This document shows, piece by piece, positions 37,201 through 48,711 of a stretch of 64,000 nucleotides of DNA. This DNA is from Centroscyllium fabricii (taxonomy: Eukaryota). The DNA lies in NCBI GenBank assembly GCA_051313645.2, contig JBNRSN020000002.1, positions 390,848,001-390,912,000 on the forward strand, read 5' to 3'. The notes under the pieces were generated by a model that had not been told where the DNA came from, ran no database searches, and saw only the letters and a program-made list of their open reading frames with translations. Within the stretch, counting starts at the first letter, position 1; every line of letters begins with the position of its first letter. A program made the translations under genes and the position numbers.

Positions 37201-38323
37201 GAGCCCTCTAGGCTCTCTTGAGTCGTGAAACACCATTTTGTTATATTCTGTGGGCCCTCGTGGCACTCTGTAATCTGTTCACTGTATTCATAATTAATAA
37301 TTCAACTTTTATTGTCATTATACAATGTACAAGTACATGAACAACGAAATGTGATCTTGCAAGCTCCCAAGAGTCCAGCAAAGCCGCTGCGTCTGTGCGC
37401 GCCGCCATTCCATCTTTCCTTCATTCCGACAATCTTCAGCCAACCGCCCCTCCCCGGGGCTCCTTTCGTGACCTTGTGCACCTGGTATTCCCTGGTGGTC
37501 ACCCCTCCAAGTACTAACCAGGCCTGGCTCTGCTTAGCTTCCAAGCCTTGCCAGTGACCCTGTCCCTAGTCCCAGGAACATCCACCGGAAGGCTCTACGG
37601 CCCCAGGACGTTCCCCTCGAACGTTTTTGTTTGCATTGCTGAAAGCTCACTCATATGGCAAAGCTTTACTGCAGCACCCAATTTCAACTCGCTGTCTCTC
37701 AGCATTCTTTCTCTTAATTTCTTATCCAATATTCCAAAGACTATTTGATCCCTTATCATCGATTCTTTTAAATCTTGAAAATTGCACGACTGTGCTTTGA
37801 TTTTTAAATCGGTTAGAAAGACATCGAAGGACTCCCCTTGTTTTTGTGTTCTGTAGTGGAACACAAACCTTTCATCGGTTTCATTGTTTCACGCGCAAAA
37901 ATCTTCACTTTTTTTATAACTTTGTCAAAGTCACTTTTTTCTTCCTCGGATTCAAAAGTAAAGGTATTGAACAGCTCGCTTGCCTGCAAGCCCGCAACAG
38001 TTAGTAATAGTTCAACTTTACGTGATCCTGAGCTTGTAGCTGCCTTGATGGCTGTCAGGTATAGGAGACATCTCTGCTTGAATACTCGCCAATTCTCGTC
38101 AACGTTGCCTTCTAGTTGAGGATTGGCTGGGGGCTTAATACCTTCCATCATTCATCGTCAGTCTGTTTGTAAGTTCGTTACTCCTGGTACCATGTAATGT
38201 TATTTAAAGATCAGACGGGAGTCCAACACTAAGTTTCAATGGAGCTTCTTTAATCAGGTCTTATACACTGCCACTCCAAGCCTCAACTAAAGCATGGCTA
38301 AGATGGCGTCGGCTCCCGCCACA
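34267..38323 (-). mobile_element. Gypsy-3: decayed Ty3/Gypsy retrotransposon, PBS-Leu
   Basis: LTR copies start at 34267 and 38193 (the latter internally deleted). TSD GGCAG. PBS TGGTACCAGGAGT at 38180-38192 (minus strand). ORFs show the CKRCGNKH…CP…CAKCKGRNH knuckle, KLDTGA, YVDD, TDAS…IEKECL and integrase remnants. Confidence 0.9.
37297..37611 (-). mobile_element. 5S rRNA-derived SINE (SINE3-like) inserted in Gypsy-3 gag
   Basis: Minus strand at about 37484-37542 reads GGAAGCTAAGCAGAGCCAGGCCTGGTTAGTACTTGGAGGGGTGACCACCAGGGAATACC, matching the 5S internal control region. The 3' end is AATGACAATAAAAGTTGAATT. The 5' boundary is uncertain. Confidence 0.75.
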
Positions 38324-38727
38324 GGCAGATCCATGGTTTAATTGCTAAAGCTGAGCTGAATTTCCTGCTCTCAGTCTTGGCGGTGGCGAGGATGCTGCAC
38401 TTGACTTCAGCTCCCTTCAGCTATGGAAAGAGAAAACAGAAATTGGCCAGGCTTGTTGCTGTTGACGGTTATGCAGTTATGGATGTTGGGCGAGGGCTGG
38501 TTTGGGTTCCTGATGCCCTTCGTGTAGAATGACTTCCCAGCGTTTACTGTCACATGACAAAAGGCTGCTGGTGCCCATGGAACTGCACCCGGGTGTGTTT
38601 CAGTGCCTTTGGAGAGGAGTGAAAATATTGGGGATAAATAGGCTGTGAAGGAGCACATAACTTTGGAACACCACAGGCACAAATAAATCTCCGTGTTCCT
38701 TTTATATAACTAAGAATATGAAGACCA

Positions 38728-39481
38728 ACATCCCCGCCGCTTTCTCATTTTCGCCCGCCCAGATTCCCCGCCCCGAAACCTTCCCGCTGCCGACCGGCGG
38801 GGATGAGTTGTCACCTCGTTAAGGGTCCTTAATTGGCATCCTTAATGCCATTTTAAGGGCCCTCAGTCATTTTGCCTTTTGTCCTGTTTCCCGCCCTAAC
38901 CCCGCCACCCTAAACCCCGCAGAGTGAAACCCAGTGGGAGCACAGCGCTGGTCATTACTGTTGGACTATAACCTGGTGTTGTGTGACTTCTTGCATTTAT
39001 TACTTTCTCCTTCAAGGTGTGAAGGACATGCTGCCAAATGCTTGGCATGCCTCCAGAACCTTAGAGGAGTAGGTTACTCCGTTCTGGCTGCAGCAGCAGC
39101 TCTGAGCGGAAACTGAGCAATCTCAGCTCTGAACATGTCCTCACAGCCGCTGCGAGCTGTGCGAGATTCTGAGCCCGCCCGCCCATCTGTCAGTTATCAG
39201 CAATTGGCCTTTCCCATTGGCTCCACTCCACTGTAATGTCACAGTGGAGTGTTTCCATGGGAACTGACAACAACCAGTGCTGGAACTGTCAATCAAACTG
39301 CTCGCAGCCCCGCTGCAGCCCGACTCGATTGACCTAATTACCTCCCGCTGCCGCCGACGGGGATTTAACAACCTAATTAAACTAAAATTGCGTGGCCTTC
39401 CCAGCTGCTTGGGCGAGCGGGACCGGAAGCCGCCCAGACCAATCCCCGCCAGGTTCCCGCCCTTCCGGCAAAATCGTCCCC
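38728..39481. mobile_element. Harbinger-type MITE, left-truncated, same family as 44052-44837
   Basis: Long colinear similarity to 44148-44837, ending ggcaaaatcgtccc. Confidence 0.75.
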
Positions 39482-39627
39482 TCGGTTACAGTGCTGCATT
39501 AGAGTTACATGAAGTTTGATAGTGCTGTTATCGTTACATTATGTCTGACATTGGTGATAGGTACCTGATTGCCTTGGCCTGTCAGAGACTCGAGGACATG
39601 GAGTTTGATAGTGCTGTTATCGTTATA

Positions 39628-40289
39628 CAGGTTGAGCACCTTTAATTTGGCACGGGCGGAACTAGGCCTGCGCCGCGATACGAAAAAAACCGGGAGAATG
39701 AAGTCAACCAGTGCGCATGCACGCCAATGGCCACGCGCATGCGCACAACATTGGAAATGGCCGCCGAAAGTTTTGATCACCTGCAGTGTAGCTGCAGCTG
39801 CCCAGAACCCGCCGTGCAAAGATCCCTCGGCTCGGCTCACCAGGCAGACACGATGGGACTCTCCCCCCACCCACCCCGGCACACAACCAAAAATTAAGGC
39901 CCAGGCTGCAGGCCAGGCACAGCACTAACAAGTTAGCAGAGCCGGGTCCCAGTCCCAGGCAGCGCTGAGGGAGTGAGGCTGGAGCGAGCGACAGATCCTT
40001 ACCATTCGGCGGTGCACGAATGAAGAGGCAAAGGTCGGTCCAGCTGCCGGCGGCCGTTTTGAATGATCTGTGCTCGCCGTTCGGCGCACGCGCAGCTCAT
40101 TCAAAACTTCCGGCGGCCATTTGAATGACCTGCGCATGCGCTCGCCGTTCGGCGGCGCATGCGCAGATCATTCACCGAAGCATCGATCATGGCAGCCATT
40201 TTGCGCATGCGCAGGACAGTCGAGGCAATTTATGCTGGACGACCGAAGTTGCCGGCTTTTTGGTTACCGGATTAACGGTGCTCAACCTG
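39628..40289. mobile_element. pogo/Tigger-type MITE inserted in the Gypsy-4 5' LTR
   Basis: TA|CAGGTTGAGCACC…GGTGCTCAACCTG|TA, related to 18373-18883. Confidence 0.85.
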
Positions 40290-40299
40290 TATTATGTCT

Positions 40300-40995
40300 G
40301 AAGTCACACAACACCAGATTTATAGTCCAACGGTTTTATTTTAAATCACAAGCTTTCGGAGCGATGCTCCTTCGTCAGGTGAACAGAGAGAGACTGAACT
40401 CAAAGATCACACATTGGGGGAGGGGAGAAATCCGATCTCATACACATCTAACCCTACAGCACACAAAGGCATATTAGCATATTTTAACACCTCAGTCTGC
40501 GAACAATGAGGCACAGTTGCAAGGGGGGTCAAATGCTGCAAAACACACAGAATGATTTTTTTAAAAAGAGGCAAAAAAAGACAAAAATGTCCCTAGTCCG
40601 GATGACTCTATGTCAGGCGGGACAGATGTCCCGCCTGACGTAGAGTCATCCGGACTAGGGACATTTTTGTCTTTTTTTGCCTCTTTTTAAAAAAATCATT
40701 CTGTGTGTTTTGCAGCATTTGACCCCCCTTGCAACTGTGCCTCATTGTTTGCAGACTGAGGTGTTAAAATATGCTAATATGCCTTTGTGTGCTGTAGGGT
40801 TAGATGTGTATGAGATCGGATTTCTCCCCTCCCCCAATGTGTGATCTTTGAGTTCAGTCTCTCTCTGTTCACCTGACGAAGGAGCATCGCTCCAAAAGCT
40901 TGTGATTTAAAATAAAACCGTTGGACTATAAATCTGGTGTTGTGTGACTTCTTGCATTTGTCCACCCCAGTCCAACACCGGCACCTCCACATTAT
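40300..40995. mobile_element. Penelope-like fold-back insertion (652-bp palindrome at 40300-40951)
   Basis: 325-bp arms around a 2-nt spacer (40625-40626), hammerhead motifs in both arms, and flanking duplication of TATTATGTCTG from the LTR. Confidence 0.75.
40346..40382 (-). ncRNA. Minimal type I hammerhead ribozyme motif (Penelope-type)
   Basis: Minus strand TCAC-CTGACGA-A-GGAGC-ATC-GCTCC-GAAA-GC-TT-GTGA: CUGANGA and GAAA core, 5-bp stem II, palindromic AAGCTT helix III. The copy at 40869-40905 (+) has GAAA>AAAA. Confidence 0.65.
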
Positions 40996-43900
40996 GTATT
41001 ATGTCTGACATTGGTGATAGGTACTTGACTGCCTTGGCCTGTAACAGTTAGTTGGATCGAGCATTAAAACGACTCGAGTTGAGTTCTACATGCTGTCATC
41101 GAGTGATCCCTGCAAATGCAACATTTGGCGACGAGAATGGCTGAAATCTCTCTTCCACCACCTCCTCCCTTCTTTGCACTACTCGGTGAGCCCCCGATCC
41201 CATGGGTTCGCTGGTTATAGTCCTTTGAAACCTACCTCACGCTCTCGGACTAGAAAATGTGAGTGCAGCACGGAAAAGGGCACTGTTATCCCATTGCTGG
41301 GGAGCGGAGGGCCGGCGTGTTCTTGGGACATTATGGACAGCAGACTTAATACGAACATATGATATGGCTGCGGCTCTGTTAAGCACACACTTCTCTGCCC
41401 CAAAAAGTGCCCTCCTCCGGCGATTAAATTTTAGACAACGTCACCAACTCCCCGGCGAGTCTGTGCATCAGTACGCAGCTGATTTGAGGGGGTTAGCTAG
41501 CTTGTGCAAGTTCAGTGCACTACAAGACGAGATGGTGCGTGGTCAACTAATAGAGCACACCAACATTGTGAGAGTGCGTGAAAGACTGTTACTCGAGTCC
41601 GATGATCTGTTGTTGTCACAGGCAGTTAACATTGCCTTTCAAGTGGACGCTGCAGCCTAATGTGTAGCGAGGCTGGCGGGACATCCAGTGAGCGGCTTCT
41701 CCAGTGCCCCCTTCCACTCTGAATTCTCACACATGGTTCAGCCACACACACCAAGTGACCGCACCCTCGGCACCGACAACTCTGACACTGTAATGCTTGC
41801 GCGACTGCAACAACGCGTGCTACCGCGGCAACAGTGTGGAAACTGTGGATCTCGTTCACCTGCCACCAAAGTGCAGAATTGCCCCCCGCGCGGCCAAGCC
41901 TGTCGCAATTGTGGAAAACAAAATCACTTTGCCAAGATCTGCCACTCTGCCCCTGTTGCTACAAATGAACATTCTCAGTCCTCAAGCACCATAATTCACA
42001 ACATGAACTCTGGGACAGTAGTGGCTTTCAAGTCATGCACAGTGAACTTGAATGATGTATGCATTCCTGTGTTGTTGGATACCGGTGCCAGTGTCTCACT
42101 GCTGAATGTGGACACATTCAAACAATTATTCAGCTCCCTGCCACTTTCTGCGCCCTCCGCTGCCCTCTGCGGGTATGGTAATTCAAAAATTGACCTAGTG
42201 GGCTCAGTCAACCTCACTGTACGCTACGGAACAAAAGTTTTGCCAGATTTTTGTTTTCATGTGGCACGCCAAGGAGCTAACCTGATGGGACTGGATCGTT
42301 TCACTGACCTGGGTTTTTCTCTCTTGGACAACGGCGGATCTGCGATTCTGCACGTTGCCTCACCGTGGCGCCAAACATGGCCAGCACTCTTCGAGGGTCT
42401 GGGCTGCCTGAGTGCCTTCACCCACCAGCGCATGGTTGACTCCACCGATACCCCTGTCATTCAGCCACTGCGCCGCATCCCGCTTGCTCTCCGTGACGGG
42501 ATCAAAGCTGAACTAAAGCAGCTATTGAAAGGTGGCATCATCGAACCAGTTGATGCCTCCCCATGGGTCTCCAACCTGGTGGTCGCAAAGAAAAAGTCAG
42601 GTGGTCTACACGTCTGTGTCGACCTTCGAGCAGCAAATAAGGCCATAATCCCTGATGAATATCCACTGCTTACGTCAGAGGAACTCACAGCGCAGTTCTA
42701 TGGCTCCATCCTGTTCTCGAAGCTGGACCTTCGACAGGGCTATCTACAGGTGTCCCTCCACCCCAGCAGCAGGGACCTCACTGCTTTTGTGACACATGCT
42801 GGCGTCTTTCAGTACACCAGGATGCCATTTGGACTTGGCTCTGCACCCAGCTGCTTCCAAAAGGTGATGTCCTCTGTGCTCGCAGGCATACCTGGGGTGG
42901 CCATCTACCTTGATGATATCATCGTGCATGGGCCCTCGACCTCCACTCACGACGAATGCCTTCACAGATTTTTCGCGGCTCTAGCAAAACACAAGCTCAC
43001 ACTGAATGGCGAAAAGTGTGTCTTTGCTATTTCAGTGATCGAGTTTGTGGGGTTTCAGTTGTCGGCTGACGGTATATCCCCACTCCAGTCAAACGTGGAC
43101 ACCATTCACAGCATCCCGGAACCCAGCTCTGCAGCACAGGTTGCCTCCTTCCTTGGCATGACTGGGTACTACATGACCCAGTACTCAGCCACCACAGCCC
43201 CACTGCGCCAGCTCCTGCGAAAAGATGAGCCCTGGGTGTGGTCACAAGCCTGTACGGAAGCCGTACGTCTCCTCAAATCGCAGCTCACGTCGCCTCCAGT
43301 GTTGGCTCACTTTGACGTCGTCAGCCCCACACTCGTCTCCTGCGATGCGTCCGCTGCAGCTGTGGGGGCAGTGTTATCACAGATACAGAATGGAGTGGAG
43401 AAACCAATCGCCTTTGCCTCCTGAGCCCTTAGCCCCACTGAACAGAAGTACTCAGTAGGTGAGCGTGAGGCGCTGGTGTGCGTCTGGGCATGTGAGCGTT
43501 GGCACCTGTACACGTATGGCCGTGCCTTCACCCTGCGAACCAATCATCAGGCTCTCACTGCCCTGCTGTCGACATCCAGCAAGGGCCACAGACCACTGCG
43601 TCTACACCGCTGGTCTGGCCGCCTCCGCCAATACAATTTCAGTCTCCAGTTCACGCCAGGACATGACAATGTTGTTGCAGATCTGCTCTCCTGCACTGTC
43701 ACTGCCCCAGCCCCACTCGTCGGTTTTGAACATGTGGAACAGCATATCGTACAGATGCTGCACATGCCTCTCCAAACCACAGTCTCTCTTCAGGAGCTCA
43801 AAAAGGCCTCTGAACAGGATCTGGCCCTCTCCCAGCTGTGCATCTTCATCAGAGATGGCTGGCCTCGTAAGGTGCCTGAGGAACTGTCTGCCTACTCCAG

Positions 43901-44051
43901 AGTTAAAGAGGAGCTCTCCTGCTGGAATGACTCCTGTGTAGCACGTGGGCTCTGCACTGTGGTCCCAAATGCCCTTCATGCACGTGTTTTTTCCATGGTG
44001 CACGAGGGGCACTTGGGCATAGTGAAGCTCAAACAACGATGCCGAGACCTA

Positions 44052-44837
44052 GGGGGGGAATTTCATGTCCCCGTGAGGTGGGGTTTTCGGTGGCTCGGCC
44101 GGCAAAATAGCGCAACCAGTGGGTTGTGACCCCACCCCCCGCCGGATCCCCGCTGCTTTATCATTTTCCCCCGCCCTGATTTCCCACCCCGAAACCTTGC
44201 AGCCGGCGGGGATGGGTTGTCACCTCGTTAAGGGCCCTTAATTGGCATGTTTAATGCCATTTTAAGGGCCCTCAGCCATTTTGAGCCGTTTCCCACCCTA
44301 ACCCCATCACCTTAAACCCCGCTGGGTGAAACCCAGCGGGAGGACAGCGCTGGTCATTACTTTCTCCTTCAAGGTGTGAAGGACATGCTGCCAAATGCTT
44401 GGCATGCCTCCAGAACCTTAGAGGAGTAAGTTACTCCATGGTGGCTGCACCAGCTGTGGGCAAAAACTGAGAAGTCTCAGCTTTGCACATTTCCTCACAG
44501 CTGGTGCGAGCTGTCAAGGACTCGGAGCCCACCCGCCCACCTGTCAGTCACCAGCACTTGACCTTTCCCATTGGTTCCACTCGACTGTGATGTCACAGTG
44601 GAGTGTTTCCATGGGAACTGTCAACAACCAGTGCTGGAACTGTCAATCAAGCTCCTCGCAGCCCCGCTGCAGCCTGACTCGATTGAGTCAGTTATCACCT
44701 GCTGCCACCGGCGGGGATTTAACAACTCAATTGAATTAAAATTGCATGGGCTTCCCAGGTCTTTGGGTGGGCAGGACAGGAACCCGCCCCGACCAATCCC
44801 CGCCAGGTTCCCGCACTTCTGGCAAAACCCCCCCCCA
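44052..44837. mobile_element. Harbinger-type MITE inserted in the Gypsy-4 integrase
   Basis: Splits RCRDL|VWWPAIDREIE. Ends are gggggggaatttc…ggcaaaacccccccc. Confidence 0.8.
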
Positions 44838-45591
44838 CAGTGTGGTGGCCGGCTATCGACAGGGAAATCGAGGCCCTGGTCAAGGACTGTGCAATCTGCC
44901 TTGTAAGTGGCAAGACTGGCCACCAAGCTCCTCCACCCCTGCAACCTCTTCCCTCTCCGCCCTGGGAGCACCTGCAGCTGGACGTCTGTGGGGAGATCCA
45001 TGGTGTCCCCCACCATCAACGGTTCCTAGTGGTGACCTATGACCTGCACTCAAAATGGCCAGAGGTCACTGCCGTGGGCTCCGTCACCTCTCGGGTCATC
45101 ATCAATATCCTTGAGTCACTCTTCTCCCTCTGGGGGCATCCAAAGGCCATCACCACAGACAATGGCCCCCAAGTGGTCTCTTTGGAACTCTCCTCCTAAC
45201 TCGAGAGCAAGGGCATCTGTCACATACGCACAGCGTACTACTACCCTGAGTCAAATGGAGGGGTGGAGCGTTTTAACCAGACACTGAAAAATGGCCTCAG
45301 AGCACACCTATCCCAGGGGTGTGCGCTTGACAAGATCCTCTTCCACACACTGCTGCACTACAGAGCCTCCCAGTATTCCACTACAGAGGTCTCCCCCGCA
45401 TCCCTCATGCTAGGCCGTGAGCTCATGCTACCCCTTGACAGGCTCCACCCCTCGCTAGCTCAGAGCCCTGCTCCACGGGCTCAAGCCACAGTGCCAGACA
45501 GCAGGAGAATATGAAACTCCACTTCGACCAGTCCAAAAGGGCCAAGGCGCCCAACATCTCAGTTTCCGATTGGGTCAGAGGCAGGCCCCAC

Positions 45592-45874
45592 TGATGCACA
45601 ATCAATTACAACCAGTCGATGGTTTGATGCAACTGAGGCTCTTATTAGCTTAGAACTGTTACTACAGGTCTAGGCGATCTTCACGGTTAAGGTGAAAGCG
45701 AAAGAGTGTGCATGCAGATTTATACTCAGGTACGTGGGTGAAGCCTGGAAGGGAAGCTGATAGCTGAGTCCTCCCAGACAAGAAGTCACAAACTATATAC
45801 AGGCACTGTAATTTCAAGGAGGAGACACAAGGGGGAGACATTATACAATATATACAATATGGTGGTTTACCACA
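45592..45874 (-). mobile_element. Solo LTR (TGTGGTAA group) inserted in the Gypsy-4 3' region
   Basis: Minus strand TGTGGTAAACC…GCATCA with TSD CCCAC/CTCAC. Confidence 0.75.
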
Positions 45875-47641
45875 CTCACCGCAACAATAAGATGGCCTCA
45901 TTCTGGTCCTCCCCTCTTCAAATCAGCCACCAACTTGGACCAGCCACTTTCTGCCTCACTGACGGCTCTCGGTGGCATGCCAGCCACCTCCGGAAGGTGC
46001 CAGCACCCCCTGATGCAGGATTACACGGATCTCACCCCCAAGCCTTAACCCCAGAGTGGCGGGATGCACATGTGGCTCAACCAGCCAACCCTCAAGCCGA
46101 TAATGTACCTCGGCCTGCTCCTCACCAGTCCCCACCTCGGCCTGCTCCTCGCCAGTCCCCAACTCGGCCTGTTCATACACGTTCTCGCCCTGGCCACCTA
46201 CGGGACTTTGTCACTACATTTCATGTTTGAAATTCTGTGAGGGGGGAGGAAATGTTATGTCTGCACACTGGGTTACAGTGCTGCATTAGAGTTACATGAA
46301 GTTTGATAGTGCTGTTATCGTTATATTATGTCTGACATTAGTGATAGGTACTTCATTGCCTTGGCCTGTAACAGTTAGTTGGATCGAGAATTAAAACGAC
46401 ACGAGTTGAGTTCTACATGATGTCATCGAGTGATCCCTGCAAACGCAACAGTGACCTCGAGCAGCTCTGGCTGTTTAGGGCCCGGCTGCAGACTACTGTC
46501 TTGGCATTATCGGGGCACCTGGCTGTGTGGAAGCAATGAGGGAACTGGTTCAGAGTCTGGCAGGGGAGCAGACGTACAGTCATCTTGAGAGAGGGCAGCA
46601 TGAGCCTCTTCCATGGAGCCAATGCTACTGTCATGAGGCTGCACCTCTACACTCCCACTGCTCTGCATGAGAACAGAGTGAAGGAGTGTAATGATGCTTT
46701 GGAACCCCCTAGCCATGCACTCCACACTCGTATCCATGCTCTCCTTCATTGATTGAAAGCCTGAGGAAATGCTAGACCCCAGAGCCACGATGGCAGCAGT
46801 CTGAGCTCACAGCAATGCTGTCACCAGAAGCTCCATCATTGTGGGTCTCACTGCAGTGTTCATAGAGCTGAACAAATACTCCATGGTTAACTGCTTGATC
46901 TCAATGCCATGCTCGATAATCCCATACAAGTTAGAGCTGGATGCTCTGTGCTATTGTCCGTAAGCTTACTGGCAGGCTGTCCAGTGCATGGATAGTCCTG
47001 GGCTATAATCAGTCTTTTTAATGTCGCCTGTGTCCTTGAAGCCTTCATCTGTTCCTTCTGCAGCAAGGCGAGTCTGTGAGTTTTCCCTTGGGGAAAGCTG
47101 CTTCCTGAGCTGTCTTATTCCCCTGCACATCCTCCTGCATACTAGTGCTCTGATTCTCTCGGTCCAGGCCAACCTAGCCTATCCTGTAAAGAATGTGTCG
47201 TGCCAGTCTCTGAGCTGGTGCATGCTAGGCTACAACTGAACGACACTGTGCCTTCATTGGTGCTGTCTTCTTCCAGCTCCTTGACCCCTGGCACTCTACA
47301 GTTACTTACACTGAAAGTGAAGAGAGGGCCAAGGATTAGCATTTAGTGAAAGCAGCTGCACTTTGTCATGCATGGCGTGCGAGGGTGAGATTTCAGTGAG
47401 AAGGGACAGAGTGTAATATGGCCCAGAACCCTGCAGGATGCAACCTTCAGCCTCACCACTTGCCGCACCCCCATGATCAGCATGAAGTCCCCCTTGACTG
47501 AGGAGAGGACGTTAATGGACACTCTTCCTCTTTTTGTCCTCACCTGCTCGTTGTTATTGCTTGCAAGCTTGTCCTGCAAGAAAGAATGGAGAATTTTATT
47601 GGCAGTCTAGTGAGATGCTTTGAGGATGCGCATGAGAGTTA

Positions 47642-48371
47642 TGCCCTAGTTTCACTGGAGGCTAAGTATGCCAAGTATCCCAAGAATCGTCCAGAATCGA
47701 AATCTTGGCGATTCTTGGTGATTCTGCATGAAATGCGAAAAATACTTGGTTGAATCTTGGCGATTCTTGGTGAATTCTTGGCGATTCTGGACAAGGTTAC
47801 GAATCTATCACGAATTATTTTACGAATGAGGTACGAATCACTCACGAATCCACCACGAATTGCAAGAATTAATTAAGAATCCACTACGAACTCCACGAAT
47901 TAGTTACGAATTCTACGAATTAGCTACGAATTATCTACGAATGGCATTCGTAGTGCATTCGTGGACATTCGTGGACAATCGTGGTGCATTCGTGGTGCAT
48001 TCGTGGTGCATTCTTGATTTTGAAAAAATGAAGAATGCCCAAGAATAGTCAAGAATGCACCACGAATCCACTACGAATCAGTTACGAACGGTAAGAAAGG
48101 GTCACGAACGGTAAGAATGGGTCACGAATTGTTTACGAATCTATCACGAATTGAAAATTCGTGAACCCTCCTACGAATTTTTTTGACAAACAAAAACTTT
48201 CCTTAAAAGTAAAAGAACTCCCGCGAACTACCGCGAACTCTACGATTCCGCTACGAATCCACTACGAATCTACTACGAATCCACTACGAATTGCAAGAAT
48301 GACCCACGAATCGGCCAAATTTAAAAATCGGCACGATTCGGGAATTCGTAGCCTCCAGTGAAACTAGGGCA
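47642..48371. mobile_element. Harbinger-type MITE with ACGAAT-repeat interior
   Basis: Perfect 23-bp TIR TGCCCTAGTTTCACTGGAGGCTA flanked by TTA/TAA. Confidence 0.85.
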
Positions 48372-48410
48372 TAAGGTAAGATCTGAGTTAGAATTCTTAC
48401 CATAGCAACC

Positions 48411-48711
48411 TGACGTATCGTCAATAGTCTAATAAACTAAAGACACGTAGTTACCTTAACTAAAGGCTTTTATTAGCTTACAAAGGAGCTACGCTCCGAT
48501 CGAACATCAGGTACAGAATGAATGGGGGCAGGTCAGACCCCCACCTATAAGGCACTCACCTGAGGGGAGGAGTTAGAGGTGTGGCTGACCTGACCCCGCG
48601 ACAGTGTCGCAATACAGAACAGTTGTATCATGCACCCGGCTGCTATACATACAGTGTAATATTGGTGACAATATTAAGGTGGTAATAAGAGTACATATAA
48701 CGGTTACCACA
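48411..48711 (-). mobile_element. Solo LTR of the Gypsy-2 family
   Basis: tgacgtatcgtcaata…taccaca, TSD CAACC, strong similarity to 26086-26366. Confidence 0.9.

Larger units (their letters stand above)
39485..46450 (+). mobile_element. Gypsy-4: Ty3/Gypsy retrotransposon, PBS-Ser, multiply interrupted
   Basis: 3' LTR at 46253-46450 follows PPT GAGGGGGGAGGAAA. The 5' LTR is in pieces across 39485-41123. PBS TGGCGACGAGAATGG at 41126-41140. ORF 41688-43424 has CCHC knuckles, LLDTGA, YLDD and CDAS. Integrase pieces lie at 43476-45514. Confidence 0.9.

Noticed and set aside
37480-37545. Functional 5S rRNA gene
   Set aside because: Only the internal promoter part matches. The 5S 5' end is absent and a LINE-like tail follows, so it is called a SINE.
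47700-48350. CRISPR-like or satellite array
   Set aside because: There is no constant repeat-spacer period. It is short-word low complexity bounded by TIRs in eukaryotic DNA.
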